A stretch of 64,000 bases of DNA from Patescibacteria group bacterium. GTDB lineage: Bacteria > Patescibacteriota > Microgenomatia > UBA1400 > PJMF01. The number at the start of each line of letters is the position of its first letter. Within the stretch, counting starts at the first letter, position 1. This document shows, piece after piece, positions 57,202 to 64,000 of the stretch. The position numbers were made by a program, and so were the translations under genes. The notes below the pieces were generated by a model. It ran no database searches and had not been told where the DNA came from. It saw nothing but the letters and a program-made list of their open reading frames with translations. The stretch lies in NCBI GenBank assembly GCA_016861085.1, contig BOKR01000001.1, positions 387,271-451,270 of the forward strand, read 5' to 3'.

Positions 57202-58617
57202 CTATTGTATTGTATCGTGTACTTTATAAATGTCGCCAGCGCCGAGCGTCAAGACAATCTCACCAGGCTGAGTATTTTTTTGTAAAAATTGTGAAAGAGT
57301 CTCTATATCATGCAGATTTTCTGTCAGAACATGTGGATACTTTTGTTTTATCCCAGCTACGATAGTATCACTAGAGATTGAAGAATCAAATGACTCTCTG
57401 GCTGAAGCAAAAATATCTAAAAAGTACACTTCCTGTGCCCTACCAAATGCATGAATGAATTCGTGCAGTAACTGTTTGGTTCTGGAATACGTGTGGGGCT
57501 GAAAAACAATAATCTTTTTTTGGTCTTTGTACCAAGCATTTAAAGCAGCAATAACGGATTTTATTTCGTCTGGATGGTGAGCATAATCGTCATAGTATAT
57601 TACACCATTTTTTGTACCCACATGCTCGAATCTTCGCTGTGTTGAAGCAAAAGTCTGTAATGCAGTAATGCTGTCGGCAATTGGAATACCAGCTGATTTA
57701 CAGGCAGCTATGGCTGCCAGTGCATTCTGCACGTTATATTCACCTGGGACCAGTAATGTAAGGGAATACTCATTTGAATCATGAATCACTGTGGCAATTG
57801 TTTTTCCTGGAATTTGTTGTGCAGGAGAAAAAGAATAAGTAAAATCAGCTTGTGAGTCTTTACCGAAAGTAGTAATTTTTTGAGCTGAAGAGGTCGGATT
57901 ATGAACCATATCAGCGTAATTCAGTATGAGTGTCCCTTCTTTATTAATTTGATTGAAGAATTCAAAAAAAACAGATTTAGTGTGCTCAAAGTCTTCATAC
58001 ACATCAGGGTGATCAAACTTAATGTTGGTACACACTGTAATAAATGGATGTAAAAAAGAAAATCTTGGGGTAATAACTTCGCCTCTTTTCGGAGCGCTTG
58101 GGTCAGTGACATATTCGTCTGCTTCAGCAATGAAATATTCAGAATTAACATTCCATTGTGCAGTTTTTTCAAGTCCTGGAATGTTACCTACTCCAACTGC
58201 GAACGATGGATCTTTTCCAGTTTTTTGAAAAATCCAAGAAATCATTGCACTAACGGTAGATTTTCCACCAACTCCACACACTGCAATACCTTTTTTTTGG
58301 TTAAACAGATCAGCTTGTGCCTGTGCATGTGAAAACACTGGAATTTTTTTTGATTCAGCTTGGACAACAATAGGATTAAATTTTCCAGAGTGAGCTGCGG
58401 TATAAATAACACACTCAACATCTGGTGTAAACTCATGCGTAAATCCAATATCAATTTTTATTTGTAACGTATCTAGAATTTTTTTGGTTACAAACTCTTC
58501 TGCAAAGTCACACCCAGAAACTTGTTTGCCGGCATCTATTAACAGCTGTGCCATAGTTGTCATGGCGACACCTTTAATGCCGACTAAGTAAAAAGTATTG
58601 TAATCTAACAAAGCCAT
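57202..58617 (-). CDS. murC: UDP-N-acetylmuramate--L-alanine ligase
   Basis: N-terminal YLVGIKGVAMTTMAQLLIDAG, P-loop GVGGKSTVSAMISWI, and the MurC-specific DDYAHHPDEI. Confidence 0.9.
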   Translation of the reverse strand: MALLDYNTFYLVGIKGVAMTTMAQLLIDAGKQVSGCDFAEEFVTKKILDTLQIKIDIGFTHEFTPDVECVIYTAAHSGKFNPIVVQAESKKIPVFSHAQAQADLFNQKKGIAVCGVGGKSTVSAMISWIFQKTGKDPSFAVGVGNIPGLEKTAQWNVNSEYFIAEADEYVTDPSAPKRGEVITPRFSFLHPFITVCTNIKFDHPDVYEDFEHTKSVFFEFFNQINKEGTLILNYADMVHNPTSSAQKITTFGKDSQADFTYSFSPAQQIPGKTIATVIHDSNEYSLTLLVPGEYNVQNALAAIAACKSAGIPIADSITALQTFASTQRRFEHVGTKNGVIYYDDYAHHPDEIKSVIAALNAWYKDQKKIIVFQPHTYSRTKQLLHEFIHAFGRAQEVYFLDIFASARESFDSSISSDTIVAGIKQKYPHVLTENLHDIETLSQFLQKNTQPGEIVLTLGAGDIYKVHDTIQ

Positions 58618-58618
58618 A

Positions 58619-59602
58619 CTATTCCTTTTTCATTATCTCCTGGAACGTGTTCTTTAACTTGCTATAATCGTGGCGAAGTAATGATCTGTGTGAAGTGTCA
58701 TGCTCTTTTTTCTGAATCAGTTGGTCGTATAGTAGTTTTGCTCTAACAGCACGAGTATCATTTTTAAGGTCATCAACAACCGGAAATTCGTTTGATTGCG
58801 CATATGTTTCTAACACAGCTTGAGGAATTTCTTGGTCATTTACCACAATATAATCAACCTCTTTGCCTAGAGCTGCCTCAATTTTTTGCACATGTTGTTG
58901 GGCGGACATTTCGTGGGTTTGGGTGAGTCTAGTCATGAGGTTTAAAACATAAATGATTTTTCCGGTGATTTGTGAAAAAATTTCTTTACCGTCGTCAACC
59001 GCTAGTGTTGCAAGTAAACTAGCATATAAATCTCCAGGCCCAATAATAATATAGTCTGCATGTAATAAAGCTTCTTTAGCTGGAGGATTGATTACACAGT
59101 TTGGAACCAACGATACTTTTTTAATTTTCTTTGGTTCTGGTGATTCATCATCTAAAATATGTTCTCCAATTGCTGTAGTACCATCTGAATAATGAATTTT
59201 GAGGTTTACATTACTAGCTGTTACGGGTATGACTGAACCATCAAGATTAAAAATTTGCTCTGCAATTTCGAGCGACTGCGTAGTGTTTCCAGTCATATCT
59301 TGCAGTGCTGTTAAAATGAGGTTTCCCAAGTTGTGGCCTTGTAATCCATTGCCTTTTGAAAATCGGTACAATAATAATTTTTGAATCCATTCTTGACTAT
59401 CTAAATCGGCAAGAGCAGCCAGTGATTGGCGCAAATCACCCACCGGTTGGAATCCAAATTCGTCTCTAATTCTTCCAGTAGATCCACCAGAATCTGAAAC
59501 TGACACAATCGCAGAAATATCAAAATCCAGTTTTTTAAGTGCGGTTACAACTGGAAAAGTTCCGGTTCCCCCACCCATAGTAACAACTTTGATTTTGTGC
59601 AT
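58619..59602 (-). CDS. yvcK: YvcK/CofD-like UPF0052 protein (gluconeogenesis factor family)
   Basis: VVTMGGGTGTFPVVTALK (GGGTG dinucleotide-type loop) and conserved ...SDSGGSTGRIRD. Confidence 0.8.
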   Translation of the reverse strand: MHKIKVVTMGGGTGTFPVVTALKKLDFDISAIVSVSDSGGSTGRIRDEFGFQPVGDLRQSLAALADLDSQEWIQKLLLYRFSKGNGLQGHNLGNLILTALQDMTGNTTQSLEIAEQIFNLDGSVIPVTASNVNLKIHYSDGTTAIGEHILDDESPEPKKIKKVSLVPNCVINPPAKEALLHADYIIIGPGDLYASLLATLAVDDGKEIFSQITGKIIYVLNLMTRLTQTHEMSAQQHVQKIEAALGKEVDYIVVNDQEIPQAVLETYAQSNEFPVVDDLKNDTRAVRAKLLYDQLIQKKEHDTSHRSLLRHDYSKLKNTFQEIMKKE

Positions 59603-59611
59603 GCTCTCTTT

Positions 59612-60862
59612 CTATTTTACTCTCGGGTGTTCCCCTGCAAGAATTTTGTTAATCGCGTCCACATCATTCCAAGGATATTCTACTCCAAAATATGCCATGC
59701 TCTGTTCGTGCCCTTTTCCAAGTACTACTACTGTGTCACCTGGTTTAGCTAACGAGTTAATGGCAAATTCAATTGCTTCGCCCCGTTCGGCAATAGAAAC
59801 AACCTTATTGTGGTTTGTTGTCAATTTTTCTTTCATCTGTCTGATAATTGACCAGACATCTTCATCTCTTGGGTCTTCAGCTGTGAAAACTGCTATATCA
59901 GCCAATTCTGTTGCAATCTTACCCATTTCAGGCCGCTTTGAGGCATCTCTTTGGCCAGCACAGCCAAACACAGCTATCAATTTTCCTGGATCTTTATTTT
60001 TGTGTATTTGTTCTTTTAGCGACCGCAAGGCAGAACGTAAACCTTGTGGTGTGTGTGCAAAGTCGACAACTAAGGTAAGGCGCTTTCTGTTTGGAATAAA
60101 TTGCATTCTACCGGGAACACCTTCAAAACTGTCGACAGCTTTACAATAGTCGGTATCATCAATATGCAAGAGCTTACTGAGTGCATATACCAATTTAGCA
60201 TTCATTTGGTTATAGCTTTCAGGGAAGCGTTTTTCAATGCTCTTTTGTACTTTTTTAGGGAGCTCACTTTCTTTTGAGTAAGTAACTAATTTAGTTGTTA
60301 GAAGTTTCTTTTTGAGGAATTGATAGGAATAATCATCTGCATTTACAACTGCTGTTGGTGCCTTCTGTAGGATGTTTGCTTTCGCAGCTAAATATTCTTG
60401 GTAGTTCAGGTGATAATCGAGGTGTTCATTTGCAATGTTAGTGACACCAGATAAAACTGGTTTTACACCCCAATCTCTATATTGATAACTACCGTGTGAA
60501 GTTACTTCAAGTACTAAATACTCGTAGTTTTGATTGACCATCTCCTTCATAAATTTCTGCAGGTCAGATGGCTGTGGTGAAGTGACATGAAAACCGGTAT
60601 CAATTGACTTATTTCCTAAATAAGCTGCAACGGTTGAAAGCAATCCTACCTTTTTCCCGGCTGTTTTAAGTACATGATATAACAATGTTGATGAAGTTGT
60701 TTTGCCATCTGTACCTGTAATTGTGATTATTTTAAGCTTGTTTGAAGGGAATCCATTTTGAATCTCTGCTTTTAGTCCATCTAATATGCCTGTCTTAATA
60801 AAATGATATGGACGCTTCAGTTTATAGAGTATTTGTTTGTACATAGATCCTATTATAACCAT
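59612..60862 (-). CDS. murE: Mur ligase, MurE-like (UDP-MurNAc-dipeptide amino acid ligase). Short, 416 aa
   Basis: P-loop ITITGTDGKTTSSTLL, and VVDFAHTPQGLRSAL matches the MurE DYAHTPDAL motif rather than MurC (DDYxHHP), MurD or MurF. Position after ftsI. Confidence 0.6.
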   Translation of the reverse strand: MVIIGSMYKQILYKLKRPYHFIKTGILDGLKAEIQNGFPSNKLKIITITGTDGKTTSSTLLYHVLKTAGKKVGLLSTVAAYLGNKSIDTGFHVTSPQPSDLQKFMKEMVNQNYEYLVLEVTSHGSYQYRDWGVKPVLSGVTNIANEHLDYHLNYQEYLAAKANILQKAPTAVVNADDYSYQFLKKKLLTTKLVTYSKESELPKKVQKSIEKRFPESYNQMNAKLVYALSKLLHIDDTDYCKAVDSFEGVPGRMQFIPNRKRLTLVVDFAHTPQGLRSALRSLKEQIHKNKDPGKLIAVFGCAGQRDASKRPEMGKIATELADIAVFTAEDPRDEDVWSIIRQMKEKLTTNHNKVVSIAERGEAIEFAINSLAKPGDTVVVLGKGHEQSMAYFGVEYPWNDVDAINKILAGEHPRVK

Positions 60863-60890
60863 TGTTTATCAGAAAGAAATATGTTTACTC

Positions 60891-60919
60891 TTGACAAAGA
60901 TCACATTTGATCCTATAAT
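60891..60919 (+). promoter_or_regulatory. Perfect consensus sigma70-type promoter TTGACA-17-TATAAT reading rightward toward the 61123 gene
   Basis: Exact hexamers with a 17-nt spacer, seen directly in the sequence. Confidence 0.5.
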
Positions 60920-61031
60920 ATATGATATAGTTCATATTGTAAGAAAACAAAGCGTTTTTAAAGTAGTATGAACTATAACATTCTTGCACATTAATATTCT
61001 TATTTTACTGTTTTTCAATAGATTTCTTTTT

Positions 61032-61076
61032 GTAGGCAGTAGTCTATGCATTTTTTTTGCATAGACTACTGCCTAC
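61032..61076. repeat. Perfect 19-bp inverted repeat GTAGGCAGTAGTCTATGCA-T7-TGCATAGACTACTGCCTAC in the leader of the 61123 gene
   Basis: Exact palindrome. No U-tract follows on either strand, so it is more likely an RNA leader hairpin or operator than a terminator. Confidence 0.6.
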
Positions 61077-61122
61077 TGTGGGCTGTCGAAGTGATGTTTT
61101 TTAAAAAATTTTAGGTGGAAAA

Positions 61123-61452
61123 ATGCGACTAAAAATAAAAGCGATTAGTGTAGAAATTAAGTCCTCTAAAAAGAACTTTGCTAAAACAAAATCTTTTTGG
61201 GAATCTATGCTTGGCATCAGATTTAAAAAGGAAGGAAAATTTGGTTGGACATATTTTGAGTTTCCAGTCAGATTTCAAATGTTTGATGATGATTCCCAAC
61301 AAGACTCCGTGGAAGTAATACATCTATGGGTGACAGGCCTTCCTACTGAAGATCAAATAGAAAAGTGGGGCGGCGACTTTATTAGGGGTGATAGATGGCG
61401 AGTCAGCTTCTTTGACCCCAATGGAACCCATGTATATTTGTATAAAGTATGA
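61123..61452 (+). CDS. Small VOC/glyoxalase-like protein (109 aa) convergent with ftsI, embedded in the dcw cluster
   Basis: C-terminal ...RWRVSFFDPNGTHVYL resembles the glyoxalase/bleomycin-resistance fold terminus. The only plus-strand gene in the cluster. Confidence 0.45.
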   Translation: MRLKIKAISVEIKSSKKNFAKTKSFWESMLGIRFKKEGKFGWTYFEFPVRFQMFDDDSQQDSVEVIHLWVTGLPTEDQIEKWGGDFIRGDRWRVSFFDPNGTHVYLYKV

Positions 61453-61476
61453 TGAAATAAGAAAAAAAGCAAGAAT

Positions 61477-61502
61477 CGCGCCCCCTTTATGGGGGCGCTT
61501 TT
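61477..61502. terminator. Intrinsic terminator (GCGCCCCC-TTTAT-GGGGGCGC + TTTT), convergent for the 61123 gene and ftsI
   Basis: 8-bp GC stem with a U-tract on the plus strand. A second T7 run follows 9 nt after the hairpin on the minus strand. Confidence 0.55.
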
Positions 61503-61547
61503 CGTATCCTTTAAACTTAAACAAGAGTTATAAATTCAAACGAAAAA

Positions 61548-63356
61548 TCATTCATCCTCGGGCATCGTTGGACTTTGGATTGGTGCTATATTAAACAGTA
61601 AATAGAGCTTCCTTGCAATTTTGTGCCAAAGTGGGGCGGCGGTTTCCGCCGCCCAAGGTGACAACGTTGGTTCTACCAATTTTGTAATCATAATAAATTT
61701 TGGATTTTCTGGCGGAGCATAACCAACAAAACTTGCTATTGTTTTTTCATCATCATACCCTTTTTCAGTAACTACTTGAGAAGTTCCAGTTTTTCCAGCA
61801 ACGGGATATTGTTGTGAAGCAATCCACTGTGCTTCTCCATGTTGGGCTGCATTGACTAACATCTTTGTAACAGTACTAGCGGTTTCTTTAGAAATGATTC
61901 TTCCTTCACTAACCGGCTCATGGAGTATTTCTTCTCCAGTAGTTGTGTTTTTAACCGACTCAACTATCATTGGTCGCATCATTTCACCTTCATTAGCAAT
62001 AGCGTTTACAGCACGAAGTACTTGCATACTATTTGCAACAATACCCTGACCAAATGAGGTTGTGGCAAGCTTTACGTCTCCCCAATCACTTGGAAAAGGG
62101 GTATTACGATCTTCTTGTAAATCTATTTTGATTGCATCACCAATTTTAAATTTGCGTAAATATTCCTGAAATTTGTCTATACCAAGCTTCTCTGCAATAA
62201 AAATCATTGCAGTGTTGTCTGATTTTGCTAAACCTTCCTCCATGGTTATATTGGGCGTGTATTCATTATTCCAAGTTCTAATTGTATATTTACCATAAAC
62301 TCTTGGGCCGCTACAAATGTCACAGTGTGTTTCTGGTGTTATTACTCCTTCTTCAATGCCAGCAGATACAGTGAGTGTTTTTAAGGTTGAACCGGGCTCA
62401 TACAAGTCACTCAAGGTTGGATTTTTATGTGTTGTTGGATCAAATTTATAGAATTCTCTGGGAGCATAATTAGGATAAGCAGCTAAAGCCAATATTTTTC
62501 CTGTGCTTGGTTCCATAACAATCACTTCACCAGATTTAGCACCGTACAGTTCTACCGCTTTTTGTAGTTCTGATTCGACTAAATTTTGAACATCTCTTCT
62601 TATAGTTACAGTGATGCTCCTGCCATCAATTAATTGCTCTGTTGTGGAATTTTTTCCTGATAATTGTAATCCGAAAGCATCAGTTAAAATAGTGTTTTTT
62701 GCTGTTCTCGCCTTTAGTTCATTTTCAAGTGCGCCTTCTACTCCAAAGTAACCAATGTCTTGTCCTTGCTGATCCTTTCCGACAAACCCTGTCACATGTG
62801 CAGCCATTGAAGCTTCTGGATAATATCGACGTAAGTGTGTGTCAAAACCCAAACCATCTATTTTTAGTTCTTCAATAACTTGTTTTGTATGCTCTGAGAT
62901 GTTAGCTTTTATGCTTACCCATCGAGCATCTTTGGTTAGTTTTTGAAGAATTTGATCTTTGTATGTTTTTGCAAGTTCTTCCTTAATAGCACTTTGAGAA
63001 GCATCAACGTAATCGTCTAATTCGTTAAGAAGTAGTGGTAAGAGTTTATTGGTAACTGATTCGGGGGGTTCGGTTAGAATATGTGGTTGAGCAAACAGCG
63101 TGTATACTTGCTCATTTGAGACAAGTGTGTACCCGTCTGAGGTATAGATTGAGCCACGGTTGCCAGTGAGTGTTACAGATCTAGTATATTGGTCTTCTGC
63201 TTTTTGAGATAGATCGTCGTTCTTAAGAATCTGCCAATAGAATAATCTTGCTGTAACTGCTGCAAAGAGCAAATACAGAAAAAAAAGACTTATTTTTCCT
63301 CTTACAATGATGTTTGATTCATGCTGATGGGTTACTTTTCTTGGGACAATCATCAA
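61548..63356 (-). CDS. ftsI: Penicillin-binding protein 2B/3 (FtsI-type transpeptidase)
   Basis: N-terminal TM + dimerisation domain. Transpeptidase motifs SxxK (GSTLK), SxN (KSDN), KTG (AGKTGTSQ). Confidence 0.9.
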   Translation of the reverse strand: MMIVPRKVTHQHESNIIVRGKISLFFLYLLFAAVTARLFYWQILKNDDLSQKAEDQYTRSVTLTGNRGSIYTSDGYTLVSNEQVYTLFAQPHILTEPPESVTNKLLPLLLNELDDYVDASQSAIKEELAKTYKDQILQKLTKDARWVSIKANISEHTKQVIEELKIDGLGFDTHLRRYYPEASMAAHVTGFVGKDQQGQDIGYFGVEGALENELKARTAKNTILTDAFGLQLSGKNSTTEQLIDGRSITVTIRRDVQNLVESELQKAVELYGAKSGEVIVMEPSTGKILALAAYPNYAPREFYKFDPTTHKNPTLSDLYEPGSTLKTLTVSAGIEEGVITPETHCDICSGPRVYGKYTIRTWNNEYTPNITMEEGLAKSDNTAMIFIAEKLGIDKFQEYLRKFKIGDAIKIDLQEDRNTPFPSDWGDVKLATTSFGQGIVANSMQVLRAVNAIANEGEMMRPMIVESVKNTTTGEEILHEPVSEGRIISKETASTVTKMLVNAAQHGEAQWIASQQYPVAGKTGTSQVVTEKGYDDEKTIASFVGYAPPENPKFIMITKLVEPTLSPWAAETAAPLWHKIARKLYLLFNIAPIQSPTMPEDE

Positions 63357-63379
63357 GAATAACTATACCACTAAGAGGA

Positions 63380-63670
63380 TTAGTTCGAAGCAACCGTTGT
63401 TGCTGATCCTAAAACCAGTGGTTTTGTAATAGGTATGTATTCAGAAAGATCGTATTCGCCACTTATTTGAGCAAGTGAGGCTTTGTGTGAGAATTCACTA
63501 CTTAATTTTAATTGCTGCTGTAATAAATTATTTTTTTGAACTTGTAATTGTGCAAGTTTTTTACCGTGATGCACTGAGAGTCCATTACTAAAAATAGTCG
63601 CAACAATTTTAACTCCAAGAACGAGTAATAGAATGGTGTAATAGAGTTTAATTGTTTTTGTGTTATTCAT
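63380..63670 (-). CDS. ftsL: FtsL-like small bitopic division protein
   Basis: 96 aa. N-terminal TM IKLYYTILLLVLGVKIVATIF followed by a coiled-coil (LAQLQVQKNNLLQQQLKLSSE). Lies between rsmH and ftsI. Confidence 0.5.
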   Translation of the reverse strand: MNNTKTIKLYYTILLLVLGVKIVATIFSNGLSVHHGKKLAQLQVQKNNLLQQQLKLSSEFSHKASLAQISGEYDLSEYIPITKPLVLGSATTVASN

Positions 63671-64000
63671 GTGTCCCTTTTATAAAGACTCTCATTTTTG
63701 CGCTTCGGGCGCGGATATTTGTACTAATTTCAGCTTCAGAAGGAACCTCAGGCTTTTTTGTCTCATTCTTGCCCAAATTTCTAGATTCCCAAGACTTAAA
63801 TGTATGTTTTACAATTTTGTCTTCTCCTTCATGGAATGCGATCGTGACTATTTTTCCTCCGTAATGTAGGACATTGAGTGCTTGTGGCAGCATGTCTGTA
63901 ATGTTGTCAAGTTCTGTGTTTACGGCAATTCTGAGTGCTTGAAAGACCTTAGTTGCAGGATGTAACTTACCTTTTTGTCTTCCTTTGACTTTACTTACCA
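63663..64000 (-). CDS. rsmH: 16S rRNA (cytosine1402-N4)-methyltransferase RsmH/MraW, C-terminal part (gene continues past the window end)
   Basis: ...RIAVNTELDNITDMLPQALNVLHYGGKIVTIAFHEGEDKIVKH matches the RsmH C-terminal (ALRIAVN.EL..L...L..GGRL.VISFHSLEDRIVK). No in-frame stop upstream through position 64000. Confidence 0.8.
   Translation of the reverse strand, partial: VSKVKGRQKGKLHPATKVFQALRIAVNTELDNITDMLPQALNVLHYGGKIVTIAFHEGEDKIVKHTFKSWESRNLGKNETKKPEVPSEAEISTNIRARSAKMRVFIKGTHE

Noticed and set aside
61032-61076. 19-bp perfect palindrome as an intrinsic terminator of murE-side or ftsI-side transcription
   Set aside because: No U-tract follows the hairpin on either strand. It lies downstream of a consensus promoter and 45 nt upstream of a start codon, so a leader hairpin or operator is more plausible.
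1-64000. CRISPR arrays, rRNA genes, integrases/transposases/IS elements, prophage genes
   Set aside because: No regularly spaced direct repeats, no rRNA-like conserved blocks, and no recombinase or transposase motifs were found in any substantial ORF. The tRNA-adjacent islands lack integrases and flanking direct repeats.

Overview
This 64 kb window is a low-GC (about 35%), gene-dense stretch of bacterial chromosome with short intergenic spacers and many overlapping start/stop codons. The gene content fits a reduced-genome Gram-positive-type or CPR/Patescibacteria-like organism; I cannot settle the lineage from sequence alone.

The right third (about 46.3-64 kb, minus strand) is a long division/cell-wall (dcw) cluster: rsmH(partial)-ftsL-ftsI ... 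murE-like-yvcK-murC-murB-murA-mraY-ftsW-murG-ftsQ-like-ftsA-ftsZ-methyltransferase-PNP-tRNA-Gly. A small convergent plus-strand gene is embedded in it. That gene is driven by a perfect consensus sigma70 promoter and has a leader containing a perfect 19-bp palindrome.

The left and middle hold housekeeping genes: pyrG, dnaE, gatCAB, htpX-lemA, rplS, yraN, ileS, rplU/rpmA, lepB, parB, rodA, a purF-like gene, a class I glutamine amidotransferase, IMPase and NUDIX. Four tRNAs are present (Glu-TTC, Asp-GTC, Thr-CGT, Gly-CCC).

Accessory content:
- a 1059-aa FG-GAP/beta-propeller surface protein;
- an Rpf-like transglycosylase, a Tat-signal phosphoesterase, and a Wzx/GT2/Wzy polysaccharide cluster;
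- a two-gene cassette of unknown function bracketed by tRNA-Asp and tRNA-Thr;
- immediately after tRNA-Thr, a 4.7 kb compositionally distinct (about 50% GC) block of three secreted/membrane proteins, one with an M23 peptidase domain, plus a translationally coupled 28-aa hydrophobic micropeptide;
- a free-standing HNH endonuclease.

The most notable non-coding feature is a roughly 300-nt structured leader on the minus strand upstream of a small ORF + ileS. It carries a near-consensus T-box sequence (AGAGGUGGUACCGCC) directly 5' of a strong intrinsic terminator whose 5' arm can alternatively pair with it. This is a candidate tRNA-Ile-sensing T-box riboswitch. No CRISPR array, rRNA, integrase or transposase was seen.
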